A stretch of DNA of 64,000 nt from Petrotoga sp. UBA5851 (lineage in GTDB: Bacteria; Thermotogota; Thermotogae; Petrotogales; Petrotogaceae), in the NCBI GenBank assembly GCA_002431635.1, contig DJGH01000008.1:28069-92068 (forward strand), written 5' to 3'. The notes below the pieces were generated by a model. It was not told the DNA's origin, ran no database searches, and saw nothing but the letters and a program-made list of their open reading frames with translations. Every line of letters begins with the position of its first letter. The first letter of the stretch is position 1. Shown here one piece after another: positions 8,850 through 18,780 of the stretch. Made by a program: the position numbers and the translations under genes.

Positions 8850-10880
8850 ATGCATGATTGGCTTTATTCTTTCGGCATCTGGGGAATAGTAGCTTCTTTG
8901 GGCTTATTTTTGATGTTTTTGTACATAAAAAGTCTGGATAACAAAAGCTCTGTGCGTAAGTTCATCTTCGCATGGCTTTTTTTTACTTTTAAGTGCTCAA
9001 TTGATATTTTCAGTTTTCATGTAAGCTTTTCTGGCATTCCTTTTATCTCTCTTTTTTTAATTTTCATGTTTTATTTTTTAATTTTCGACGGATTATGTGA
9101 TTTTTTTGATATAAAGAAGTTTAAGACTGGAATAAGTCCCGTGATATTTGTTTTAATATGGCTTATTTTAAGTTTTATATACCGTATTCCCTACTTTCTG
9201 ACCTCCGGACTTGTTCATCTTATGTCCTGTATATTCTGTCTGCTGAATTCTTATATACTTGCAAAATACTTTGATAAAGGTAAATTTGAGAAAAAACTTC
9301 TTCAGCTTTTTTTTATTTTGCTTTTCTTTTTTAACTTATCCTTTGTTTTTTGGGTTGATGGTTTTTCTTTATGGTCAGGGATTATTGTTCTGTTCTGCGG
9401 ACTGGTGAACTTTGCAGTAGGGATTGTGATGTTCATAGTATTTATGAACAAGGTGATTTCTGCCAATGCAGGGAGTTCAGAGAACTTTATAAAGCTTTTC
9501 ACGCAGAGCAGTATTCCTTTTCTTATTGTAAAAGGAAAGAACAATGAGATATATGATGCTAATAATGCTGCTGAAATTTTTTTAGGTGTAGGAAGAGAGA
9601 TCTTAAAAACAATGACTCTAGGGGATGCTGAAAATGAATACAGGCAGAGAACAAAAAATCAGGATGACCTTTTTGAGGACTGTATAAGTGTTTGGTACAA
9701 CGATCAGAGAATGGAAGTCGTTTCTTTGAAAAATCAAAGTTTTTTTCATCCAGATTATTCTGGTATTTCTTCACAGCAAGATCATCCTGTTGTAAATGAA
9801 GATACTATTGAAAAGTCAGTTCAGCTTGAACAAGACAGGCAAGTATCAATGAAAGCGGAGTCCATCCTTACGATGGCGGATCTGCTGGGACGTACACTTA
9901 ATGATGGTGAACAGTCAGAATATATAGTCCGCATAGAAGAAAGTGCAAGAGAAATACTGGCCTGTAAAAATGAAATGTATAGGCAAGCTTGTGAAAAAAC
10001 CAAAAATGACCGGCAGATCAAAACCAGATTTAATCTTAAAAATCTTTTAGACGGAGCTTACAGACAGTTTGCTGAAAATGCTGAAAATAAAGACATAAGT
10101 ACAAGCATTGAATTTCTGGAAGTGGAACAGGACAGTATTTATGAAGGCGACCCAGTAAAATTAAGACTTCTGTTGTCCTGTGTTCTTGAAAAGCTTCTTT
10201 TTTACACTGAGAGTAACGAACTTTCCATAAAAGCACAAAAAATCTACCATGACAGAGAAAATTCGTACTTTGTTTTTTCAATAACCGAAGGACGGTATAT
10301 TCAATCTCCTGCAAATGATGAAGCTGATCATAGGACTAACGTTAGGGACTGCTTTTCCGAATGTTTGGATCTTGCTTCTCAGGCGGGCGGCAAGATATGG
10401 ACAGAGAAAACCGACGGTTTGAGAAAGTATGAAATAACCTTTGTTTTGGGGAATACTTTTCCAGTATCCCAAGCTGAAAGCTTATCTGTCGAAAGCTTCC
10501 AAGACAAGCTTAATATACTTGTGGTTGAGGATAATGAGATAAATCAGAAACTTATCTGTGCAATTTTGAAAAAAAGAGGATGGAACCCATTGGTGGCGGA
10601 TAATGGTCTGAAAGCTTTGGAGGTTCTCAAAGACAAAAGTTTTGATATCATTCTTATGGATGTTCAGATGCCTTATATGGATGGATATGAGACCACACGG
10701 AGAATAAGGCAGTCTGAAAACCAGACCGTTGCAAAGATTCCCATTGTGGCAATGACGGCCTATGCCATGACGGAGCACAGGCAAAGCTGTATAAAAAGCG
10801 GAATGAACGATTATATAACTAAACCTGTCAACATGAGTGATCTGTATACTATAATCGAAAGGAATTTATCAAAAAGATGA
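8850..10880 (+). CDS. multi-TM hybrid sensor with a degenerate (kinase-dead) HisKA/HATPase region and an intact receiver domain
   Basis: GGAGGG SD and ATG at 8850. It has about 6-7 N-terminal TM segments, a PAS-like stretch and a kinase-like core. The core lacks the phospho-acceptor His and the N, G1 and G2 boxes. The C-terminal receiver is canonical (VVEDNEIN, ILMDVQMPYMDG, AMTAY, ITKP). Confidence 0.7.
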   Translation: MHDWLYSFGIWGIVASLGLFLMFLYIKSLDNKSSVRKFIFAWLFFTFKCSIDIFSFHVSFSGIPFISLFLIFMFYFLIFDGLCDFFDIKKFKTGISPVIFVLIWLILSFIYRIPYFLTSGLVHLMSCIFCLLNSYILAKYFDKGKFEKKLLQLFFILLFFFNLSFVFWVDGFSLWSGIIVLFCGLVNFAVGIVMFIVFMNKVISANAGSSENFIKLFTQSSIPFLIVKGKNNEIYDANNAAEIFLGVGREILKTMTLGDAENEYRQRTKNQDDLFEDCISVWYNDQRMEVVSLKNQSFFHPDYSGISSQQDHPVVNEDTIEKSVQLEQDRQVSMKAESILTMADLLGRTLNDGEQSEYIVRIEESAREILACKNEMYRQACEKTKNDRQIKTRFNLKNLLDGAYRQFAENAENKDISTSIEFLEVEQDSIYEGDPVKLRLLLSCVLEKLLFYTESNELSIKAQKIYHDRENSYFVFSITEGRYIQSPANDEADHRTNVRDCFSECLDLASQAGGKIWTEKTDGLRKYEITFVLGNTFPVSQAESLSVESFQDKLNILVVEDNEINQKLICAILKKRGWNPLVADNGLKALEVLKDKSFDIILMDVQMPYMDGYETTRRIRQSENQTVAKIPIVAMTAYAMTEHRQSCIKSGMNDYITKPVNMSDLYTIIERNLSKR

Positions 10881-13594
10881 GGTATAAAAACTTATTTTTT
10901 CTATTCTTTCTTTTATTAACAGTTTCGGTATGTTTCTCTCAGAAAAAAAATATTCTTGTCCTTTTTTCATATCATCCTGAGCTTGGCTGGAATCAGGAAA
11001 TTTTTTCAGAGCTTGAAAAAGAGCTTAATACTTCGAAGTATCCCGTTGATATTTTTTACGAGTATATGGATACCAAGAATATAATAAGCAAAGAGTATTT
11101 TGCCAAGCTTGCCGAAGTATACGCTATGAAATATGCAAAAAAGGTTATAGATGTTATTGTCTGCGTTGATAATGATGCACTTGACTTTCTTCTTGAGTAC
11201 AGGGACGTTCTTTTTGGCGAAAAGCCGGTTGTTTTTCTTGGAATAAATGAGTTTTATCCTGAAATGCTTAAAGGAAAAAAAGGTTTCACCGGAGTAGTTG
11301 AGAGCATTGATTTTAAGAAAACCATTGATATTGCGCTTAAACTTACACCGCAGATCAAGAGGTTCCTTGTTTATGGAGACAACAGCTCAATCTACTATAT
11401 GAATAAAAGTCAGATAGAGAAAGAATCAATTTCTTTTCCTGAAATCAACTTTATTATCCGCAATGATATGAGTATAGAGCAGGTAATACAGGATGTCCGC
11501 CAGGCAGGTCCGCAGAGTGCGCTTATTATAATTTCTACTCTGCGCAGCGAAACCGGAGAGCTTGTCAATTACGAGGATATCGCGCCTACAATATCTACAT
11601 ACTCGGATATTCCTATATACGTTCCATGGGAGTTCCTTATAAAGGGAAATGTTGTGGGAGGTTATGTCATATCAGGCTATGACCGTGCATATGAGGCTGC
11701 CCAGATGGTTCTTCTGATCCTTCAGGGCAAAGATGTAGGAGAGATACCTGTTTTAACCAATACGCTCAACAGATACATTTTTGATTACAATATGCTTGTA
11801 AAGTATTCCGTGGATATGGGAAGCATTCCTGAAAATGCTGTTTTGATAAGTAAGCCCAGAAGTTTTATTGATGAGTACAGGGACGTTTTTTTGATCTTTT
11901 TGGTTATATTTGCCGCAGCATGTATTTTAATAGTAATAATTCTTTTTTATGGCTTCAAAAAGCATCAGTTAAGTATTAAGCTTGAAAATGAGAAAAAAAT
12001 AAAAGAAAGCATAATAGAGAGTGCTTCGATAATGATAATAGCTATAGATGAGCAGCGTAGAATACAGATTTTTAACAAGTATGCCCAAAAGGTAAGCGGA
12101 TACGATAAAACCGAAGTATTAGGGCAAAAAGTATATAAGTTTCTTGATCCTGATTTTCCCGGATCTGTTCTGGAGGGTACACTTTTATGCAAAGATTCGG
12201 GTGTGAAGACGATAGTATGGAAAAAATCCGGTGTCTATGACCGAACTACGGGTGAAAAGCTTGAGCTTTTTACCGGAGACGATATTACCCAAAAGAAGAA
12301 ATCTGAAGCTGCGCTTTACTACAGTGCAAATTTTGATCAGCTTACAGGACTTGCCAACAGAACTCTTTTTTTAAAAGTCCTTTCTGAACAGATAGAAAAA
12401 AGTCCGGATGAAAAGGTAAGCATTTTTCTCATGGATATTGACAGGTTCAAGTTTGTAAATGATGTTCACGGACATGTTTTTGGAGATGAGGTTCTTAAAG
12501 AAGTTTCAAAAAGGCTGAAAAAGCATTTTGAAAAGGACGGAGCTTTTGCCAGAATGGGAGGCGACGAGTTCATTGGCTATATAAGAAACAGAACTTCGAT
12601 CCAAGATATTAAAGATATTTCCGAGCAGATACTAAAAAGCTTTTCTGAGCCTCTTAAGCTTAACGATGCAGACTTTTTTATAAGTATAAGCATGGGTGTC
12701 ACAACATATCCGGATGGCGGAAACGACTGCGGAGAGCTACTGAAAAATGCCGAGATATCTATGTATAAGTCTAAAGAGTCCGGCGGTAATGCTTTTGAAG
12801 TCTATGAGACCAGAATGAAAAGAAAGATATCCGAAAAACTTTTCCTGCAGAGTCATCTCCGCAGAGCTATAAATGAGAAACAGTTTTTAGTTTACTATCA
12901 ACCTATAGTTGATATTTCCGGTTGGAAGATAAAGGAAGCAGAAGCACTTGTAAGGTGGAATCATCCGCAGTGGGGAATAGTACCTCCGTCCAAGTTTATA
13001 GATATCGCCGAGGAGTCTGGCTTTATATCTGCCATAGGCGAAGAGGTGCTTCATAATGTCTGCAGAGACATAATAAAGACCAAGCAGGAGCTTTCGATAG
13101 AAATAAAGATAAGTCTTAATCTTTCTATGCAGCAGCTTTGCGATCCTTATCTGATAGAAAAGTTTGATCACATAACCGAAGGCTACGGTATCAACAAAGA
13201 GCTTATTTCGGTAGAAGTAACCGAAAGTATGGCTATGCAGAAGCTTCCGGTTGTGCGTAATACCCTTTATGAGTTTAAAAAACGCGGAATGGGAATAATG
13301 CTGGATGATTTTGGAACAGGCTACTCTTCCCTCAGTTATCTTACGCTCCTGCCGATAGACTTCATCAAAATAGACAGAAGTTTTGTGAACAAGATAAGTG
13401 CTACAGACAGGGACCGTAAGGTTATAAGTACAATAGTAGCTATGGCAAAAGGACTTAATGTCCAGATTATCGCTGAGGGTGTTGAAAATGAAGAACAGCT
13501 AGACTTCCTTAAAAAAATAGGCTGTGATACCATCCAGGGCTATTATTTCAGCAAACCGGTAAGTTATATCGAGTTCATAAAAATGTTTCAATAA
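10877..13594 (+). CDS. periplasmic SBP-like sensor / PAS / GGDEF / EAL bifunctional c-di-GMP enzyme
   Basis: 905 aa. The ATGA overlap with the upstream gene indicates coupling. Domain order is signal sequence, ABC-substrate-binding-like domain, TM, PAS, GGDEF (RMGGDEFIGY), then EAL (EALVRW, DDFGTGYSSL, KIDRSF, EGVE). Confidence 0.85.
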   Translation: MRYKNLFFLFFLLLTVSVCFSQKKNILVLFSYHPELGWNQEIFSELEKELNTSKYPVDIFYEYMDTKNIISKEYFAKLAEVYAMKYAKKVIDVIVCVDNDALDFLLEYRDVLFGEKPVVFLGINEFYPEMLKGKKGFTGVVESIDFKKTIDIALKLTPQIKRFLVYGDNSSIYYMNKSQIEKESISFPEINFIIRNDMSIEQVIQDVRQAGPQSALIIISTLRSETGELVNYEDIAPTISTYSDIPIYVPWEFLIKGNVVGGYVISGYDRAYEAAQMVLLILQGKDVGEIPVLTNTLNRYIFDYNMLVKYSVDMGSIPENAVLISKPRSFIDEYRDVFLIFLVIFAAACILIVIILFYGFKKHQLSIKLENEKKIKESIIESASIMIIAIDEQRRIQIFNKYAQKVSGYDKTEVLGQKVYKFLDPDFPGSVLEGTLLCKDSGVKTIVWKKSGVYDRTTGEKLELFTGDDITQKKKSEAALYYSANFDQLTGLANRTLFLKVLSEQIEKSPDEKVSIFLMDIDRFKFVNDVHGHVFGDEVLKEVSKRLKKHFEKDGAFARMGGDEFIGYIRNRTSIQDIKDISEQILKSFSEPLKLNDADFFISISMGVTTYPDGGNDCGELLKNAEISMYKSKESGGNAFEVYETRMKRKISEKLFLQSHLRRAINEKQFLVYYQPIVDISGWKIKEAEALVRWNHPQWGIVPPSKFIDIAEESGFISAIGEEVLHNVCRDIIKTKQELSIEIKISLNLSMQQLCDPYLIEKFDHITEGYGINKELISVEVTESMAMQKLPVVRNTLYEFKKRGMGIMLDDFGTGYSSLSYLTLLPIDFIKIDRSFVNKISATDRDRKVISTIVAMAKGLNVQIIAEGVENEEQLDFLKKIGCDTIQGYYFSKPVSYIEFIKMFQ

Positions 13595-13681
13595 AGAAGT
13601 AATTATTTAATATTTAAAAATATCATTTTTTATGTCTTTATATGGTAGAATTTAAGTAGAATGTAAAACGGGGGAGAAATT

Positions 13682-14359
13682 ATGCTTAAATTTTATTTGC
13701 AGCAGGAGATACTGAGTAAGGCTCCGAACTGGGAATACAACTGCCAAACCGGGTATTACGAGTATGCGCGCGGTGGGGAAAATGATTATTCCATAAAGTT
13801 TTTAGGCGATTTCAGTATAAAAGTAGTCTGTTGTGATGATCTTTATATACTGATAGCTCCTGATGGCAAGTTCTTACAAATGCCTTCCATTCTTGACTGC
13901 GAAGCAGTAGGCGAGATACTCTTGACACTGGAGAATATTAAGAAATATAATTCTATGCTCAGGAAGGAGTACCGTAAAAAGATAAATTTTTACAAAACCA
14001 ATAACAGGCTCAAAAACACAAGAAAGCTCAGCCGTCTTTACCGTGAAGTAAAGGTATACTCGGATGAAAACTTTGAAAAACAGGACTTTAATGAAAACCT
14101 TTATGTGCTGTATGACCGTAACAGCAGTATAAGCTTTGAAGTGGAACGGTCGGAATATCAGTTGTGCCTTAAGATACCCCAAGAAAAATTCAGAGAAAAC
14201 ACGCTTATAAGCGATGAGATCTTTTTTTGTGAGGAGCAGGATCTTCAATACTTTATAAATGCGATGAAGGATCTCAGAAAGTTTCGCAGGCAGAACTTTT
14301 TTTTTCAAAAAATAATAGCCTTGTCAGCCGAATATGAGGAAGGATCATGTAAATTTTAA
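13682..14359 (+). CDS. hypothetical protein
   Basis: 225 aa, soluble and Lys/Glu-rich. GGGGGAG SD lies upstream. I recognise no motif. Confidence 0.5.
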   Translation: MLKFYLQQEILSKAPNWEYNCQTGYYEYARGGENDYSIKFLGDFSIKVVCCDDLYILIAPDGKFLQMPSILDCEAVGEILLTLENIKKYNSMLRKEYRKKINFYKTNNRLKNTRKLSRLYREVKVYSDENFEKQDFNENLYVLYDRNSSISFEVERSEYQLCLKIPQEKFRENTLISDEIFFCEEQDLQYFINAMKDLRKFRRQNFFFQKIIALSAEYEEGSCKF

Positions 14360-14382
14360 AATAATTAGAAACGGAGACGGGT

Positions 14383-15084
14383 ATGTCAAAAATAAATGTG
14401 GTGAAAATCACTGTAAATAAACTGAAAACTGTTTTTGTGCTTAAAAACGAAAATAGTTCCATTCTTATAGACACATGCCATAGAAATCAGAGACTCCAAT
14501 TTTATAGCATCTTGGAGAATCTTGAGATAGAAATAGCCAAAATCAAACTTATAGTTATTACTCATGCCCATACCGACAACTATGGTGTAGCTTCCGAAAT
14601 AAAAGAGCTGTACGGTATTCCTGTGTTGGTTCAGAGACAGGATGCCAACAGGATGATAAGAGGAGTGTCCGCCGATTATAAACCCGTAGGGATAAGAGGA
14701 AGGATATTTTCCAAGTATTTCTATAGGGAGTCCTGTTGTCCCAAAGCGATTAAAGTTGAACCGGATATTATAGTTGATGATTCATATGATCTCAGCGATT
14801 TTGGTATTTCTGCCACAGTATTTCATACTCCAGGTCATACTTGCGGATCTTTAAGCGTCCTTACCAAGGACGGCGATCTTATTCTTTCCGATCAATTTCA
14901 GGTGAAAAAAGGCATTCCGTCCAGGATTACAGCGCCTTTGATATGTTATGACCTCAAACAGTCCATCTTTTCCCTGAAAAAAATGTCCGATTACGCTCCC
15001 AGAAAAATATACACAGCAAGCGGATATGAGCTTTCCTATAGTGAATTGCAGCGGTTTATTATAAAACATGAGGGTACTTTATGA
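14383..15084 (+). CDS. MBL-fold metallo-hydrolase
   Basis: An ITHAHTDN motif (HxHxD) and a downstream HTPGHT motif are typical of the metallo-beta-lactamase fold. Confidence 0.7.
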   Translation: MSKINVVKITVNKLKTVFVLKNENSSILIDTCHRNQRLQFYSILENLEIEIAKIKLIVITHAHTDNYGVASEIKELYGIPVLVQRQDANRMIRGVSADYKPVGIRGRIFSKYFYRESCCPKAIKVEPDIIVDDSYDLSDFGISATVFHTPGHTCGSLSVLTKDGDLILSDQFQVKKGIPSRITAPLICYDLKQSIFSLKKMSDYAPRKIYTASGYELSYSELQRFIIKHEGTL

Positions 15085-16388
15085 GGAAAAAGAAGTTTAT
15101 TCTGATATCTTTAATTGTAGTATTGGTATTTATGATCTCAGGATGTGTTATTTTCCCGTCTGAGCTTTCATCGGTATATCTTCCAAAAGGCAATTATGAT
15201 AAAGCTCTTTTTTTTCGTACAGATGTAAGTAATGTAGAGTTCAATGGCTTACCGCTTGAGAAAAAAGAGGGATATTATGTGCTTGCCTATGAAAAAGCTG
15301 CCGGGTTAGACTACGGAACTGTCAGATATGAAAGTTCAAACGGACAGATGCATACTGAGAAGGTTTTTTTCCGTGATACATCGTTTCAGATGGTCATATA
15401 CTCAGGAGGAGATAACAGCCTTACATCATGGACAGATCATATCTGGGAGGATCTGTCCGAAATATGTGATGCTGTTGCAAACAGTTCCCTAAATATGACG
15501 GTTAACTTCATTGCCGATTATAAGAGCAAACCAGACAGACTGTGGACTGTTTATAAGTTTGAAGGAAGTTATGCATGCATTGAAAGACTGATTGAGACAT
15601 ATAACAGTGGAGAAGCGGAAATTGATTCTGGTAGCTGTGCGGTTGCTGAGAGCATAATTTTAGAAGTGGCCTCTGAAAATAAAAACACAGATCTGTTCTT
15701 AGACTTTTGGAATCATGGAAGCGGCTGGCTGGATGAAAGCTATGTAAAGAGTATGAAATCAATAGTTCAGGACAGTACTTCCGGAACTTTTCTTAAAATA
15801 GGCGATGTAAGAAGCATTTTATCATCACTTAAGCAAAAACGTGGAAGAAATACAGATATAGTTGGATTTGATGCCTGTAATATGTCATGTCTTGAAATAA
15901 TTTATGAAGTATCTGAGTTGGCCGATTATTTTGTAGGCTCTGCCTTTCTTGAAGATGTCCAGGGATGGCACTATGAATTTCTAAAAGAGTACATAGGAAA
16001 TAATGAAGAACTTTTAAAAACTCTTGTTTCTTCGTATGCCAAATATTATAAAGGCTATAGAAATATTTCGATGAGCGCTGTAAGACTTCGCGGGTTTAAG
16101 TCATTCATAAAAGAATCGCTTTGTTCAATCAAGTCCAGGCAGGAGCTTTTGCCAGTATACTATCTGGGCTCTTTTGAAGCAGTCATGACCGATGTGATTC
16201 AAAGTATACCGCAGATAAAGGAATTTCTGGTTTCAGGGTATGTATATACTGATAAGACAGAGAATTACAGCGGTATAGGTTTTGCATACAGTATAGGTTC
16301 TTTGATCGCAAAGCAGGATTATAAGCAGCTTCTTTTTTATAAAGATAATTCATCATGGATAGAAAGTGTATGGGGATCCTTAAAATAG
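15081..16388 (+). CDS. clostripain-like (peptidase C11) lipoprotein
   Basis: A lipobox is present (VFMISGC). GGDNSL, WNHGSGW (catalytic His-Gly) and GFDACNMS (catalytic Cys) blocks occur in C11 order. The start overlaps the upstream gene's stop (ATGA). Confidence 0.6.
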   Translation: MRKKKFILISLIVVLVFMISGCVIFPSELSSVYLPKGNYDKALFFRTDVSNVEFNGLPLEKKEGYYVLAYEKAAGLDYGTVRYESSNGQMHTEKVFFRDTSFQMVIYSGGDNSLTSWTDHIWEDLSEICDAVANSSLNMTVNFIADYKSKPDRLWTVYKFEGSYACIERLIETYNSGEAEIDSGSCAVAESIILEVASENKNTDLFLDFWNHGSGWLDESYVKSMKSIVQDSTSGTFLKIGDVRSILSSLKQKRGRNTDIVGFDACNMSCLEIIYEVSELADYFVGSAFLEDVQGWHYEFLKEYIGNNEELLKTLVSSYAKYYKGYRNISMSAVRLRGFKSFIKESLCSIKSRQELLPVYYLGSFEAVMTDVIQSIPQIKEFLVSGYVYTDKTENYSGIGFAYSIGSLIAKQDYKQLLFYKDNSSWIESVWGSLK

Positions 16389-16397
16389 GAGGAAAAA

Positions 16398-17621
16398 ATG
16401 GAAAACCTGGTAAAGAGATTTCTTGAATATGTTAAGATTTATACTACTTCTGACGAAGATTCTACAACTTTTCCCAGTACCCAAAGGCAGAAGGATCTGG
16501 CCGTTTTTCTCAAAAAAGAGCTTGAACAGTTAGGGCTCGCTGAAATTTCTCTTGACCACAATGGATATCTTATGGCTACACTTCCCGCCAATACTGAAGA
16601 AAAGATACCTGTGATTGGATTAATTGCCCATATGGATACTTCACCTGAGGTAAGCGGAGAGAATGTCAAGCCGATGATAATAAAGTACGGCGGCGGAGAT
16701 ATTGTTTTGAATGTAGAGCAAAATATTGTCCTTAAGACAGTCAATTTTCCTGAGATAGAAAAGTATAAAGGACAGACATTAATAACCACGGACGGAACCA
16801 CTTTGCTTGGAGCAGATGACAAAGCCGGGATTGCCGAAATAATAACGGCTGTTGAGTATCTAATAAATAATCCTCATATAAAGCACGGTAAGGTCAGAAT
16901 AGGTTTTACTCCCGATGAAGAAGTCGGAAGAGGAACAGAGAAGTTTGATATAAAAGCATTTGGAGCGGATTTTGCATATACTGTAGACGGCGGTCCGTTG
17001 GGCGAGCTGGAGTATGAAAATTTCAACGGTGCGAGTGCGGAGTATATCCTTAAAGGCAAAAGCGTTCATCCTGGAACGTCAAAAGACAAGATGGTAAACG
17101 CTAATCTCATGGTGGCCGATCTTCTTGCTTTGTTTCCTCTTGCAGAAACTCCTCAGAATACGGAAAAATATGAGGGCTTTTATCATGTTACCAAGATAAC
17201 CGGAACAGTTGAGCAGGCCAGAGTACATTTTATAATAAGAGACCATGACAGGCAGGAGTTTGAGTATAAAAAACAGATATGCATGAGAAATGCTATGATA
17301 ATGAAAAATAAATATGGGCAGGACAGAGTTGAGGTCGATATACGTGATTCTTACTATAACATGAAACAGATAATCCAGGAAAACATGTTTATTGTGGATT
17401 ATGCGGTAAAAGCTTTCAAGCAGTGCGGAATTGAGCCTCATATAGTTCCTATAAGAGGCGGAACAGACGGAGCCAGGCTTTCTTATATGGGGCTGCCATG
17501 TCCGAATATATTTACCGGAGGTCATAACTTCCACGGAAGATACGAGTATATTCCGGTTTCTTCAATGGAAAAGGCTGTTCAGGCTATTGTTGAAATAATA
17601 AAGGTGATTGCTGAAAAATAA
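16398..17621 (+). CDS. pepT: peptidase T (tripeptide aminopeptidase)
   Basis: 407 aa M20B-type protein with HMDTSPE, GADDKAG, TPDEEVG and RGGTDGA blocks. AGGAGG SD lies upstream. Confidence 0.9.
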   Translation: MENLVKRFLEYVKIYTTSDEDSTTFPSTQRQKDLAVFLKKELEQLGLAEISLDHNGYLMATLPANTEEKIPVIGLIAHMDTSPEVSGENVKPMIIKYGGGDIVLNVEQNIVLKTVNFPEIEKYKGQTLITTDGTTLLGADDKAGIAEIITAVEYLINNPHIKHGKVRIGFTPDEEVGRGTEKFDIKAFGADFAYTVDGGPLGELEYENFNGASAEYILKGKSVHPGTSKDKMVNANLMVADLLALFPLAETPQNTEKYEGFYHVTKITGTVEQARVHFIIRDHDRQEFEYKKQICMRNAMIMKNKYGQDRVEVDIRDSYYNMKQIIQENMFIVDYAVKAFKQCGIEPHIVPIRGGTDGARLSYMGLPCPNIFTGGHNFHGRYEYIPVSSMEKAVQAIVEIIKVIAEK

Positions 17622-17647
17622 AACCCGCATGAGCGGGTTTTATTTTG
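17618..17647. terminator. bidirectional terminator between pepT and the convergent flavin reductase-like gene
   Basis: AAACCCGC/GCGGGTTT stem with loop ATGA, flanked by A-run and T-run. Confidence 0.7.
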
Positions 17648-18146
17648 ATATTACTCTTTCTATAGCTCCTACATACATTCTGTGATAATCTTTTTTTGAA
17701 TAAATGGTCTTATCGATATCAAAGTCAATAAAACCATTTGGAGAAATATCCTGAAAGTACAGCTTTTTGCACATGAAAACTAATCTGGCCTGTTGAAAGT
17801 ACATATATCCTGGATCATCAAAAGCAGGTGAAAGAGAGGTTTCTTTAAGCTTATCGTACTCTCTTCCTGATTTGGTGCCGCAGAACTCCAAAACTCCCCT
17901 GTAGGTTTGGTCAAAGAAGTTCAGAGTAAAAAAGTTGTTTTTTTCCACAAACTCATAAGTATATCTCTGCGGTCTTATGAAAATAAAACAGACTTCCTTG
18001 TTCCAAAGTACGCCCATACCGCCCCAGCTCGCGGTCATAAAGTTGTTCTTCTCCCTGTTTCCTGAGGCAATGATGGTCCATTCATCGTCGAAAAGCCTGA
18101 AAACGCTTTCGGAAATATCCTTTACGCTAACTTCTTTAAAGTCCAT
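17640..18146 (-). CDS. flavin reductase-like (FMN-binding split-barrel) protein
   Basis: 168 aa. The N-terminal pattern ...IIASGNREKNNFMTASWGG... is typical of the flavin reductase/flavoredoxin family. Confidence 0.65.
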   Translation of the reverse strand: MDFKEVSVKDISESVFRLFDDEWTIIASGNREKNNFMTASWGGMGVLWNKEVCFIFIRPQRYTYEFVEKNNFFTLNFFDQTYRGVLEFCGTKSGREYDKLKETSLSPAFDDPGYMYFQQARLVFMCKKLYFQDISPNGFIDFDIDKTIYSKKDYHRMYVGAIERVISK

Positions 18147-18161
18147 ACTATCACCTTCTTT

Positions 18162-18779
18162 TCAGAAAGTATATAATGAAAGTATCTCCGTTTCAGTCTC
18201 CAAAGCATTTTTTTGAAGCTGTACAACTTCCTGTTTTATATTTTGAACAAACTCCTGATCTTTTATGGAGGAAAGATTTATAAGCACATTATAGCAGGCT
18301 GACAGAACCGCTGTCCGCGCAAGCATGACAGATACCGCGGCATCGGAAGCTGCATTTTTATTTCCGTTCAGCAGGACATATCTTGCAAGCTCAAATATTT
18401 CAGCTGCACTTTTGGCTGCTTTAAGCGGTATAAGTGATGCATTTTTGGTTTCCTGCTGAATTGTGCTGGTTCTTAATTCTTTCTGTTCTTGGGTGTCTTT
18501 TGGAAGCTTAAAGGCTTTCATGACCTTTTCAAAGGCCTTGCTGTCCTCGTCTATAAGTAAGGTTAGATCTTGACGTATTTTTTCGGACTTAACCAGAATT
18601 CCTTTCACATGTTCTTCTTTATCTTCATAGCCTTTTTTTCCTATAGTGAGGTTGGAAACCATTGAAACGAGAGCAGCGCTGATGGCTCCGCTAAGTGCAG
18701 CGACACTTCCTCCTCCTGGAACGGAAGAGTCTGAAGCAACTTCATCAATAAACTCAGAAACTTTTTTATCAATAAGCAT
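18162..18779 (-). CDS. formimidoyltetrahydrofolate cyclodeaminase (cyclodeaminase/cyclohydrolase family)
   Basis: A VPGGGSVAALSGA motif and all-helical composition are characteristic of the FtcD C-terminal cyclodeaminase domain. It lies adjacent to hutI and ftcD. Confidence 0.8.
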   Translation of the reverse strand: MLIDKKVSEFIDEVASDSSVPGGGSVAALSGAISAALVSMVSNLTIGKKGYEDKEEHVKGILVKSEKIRQDLTLLIDEDSKAFEKVMKAFKLPKDTQEQKELRTSTIQQETKNASLIPLKAAKSAAEIFELARYVLLNGNKNAASDAAVSVMLARTAVLSACYNVLINLSSIKDQEFVQNIKQEVVQLQKNALETETEILSLYTF

Positions 18780-18780
18780 T

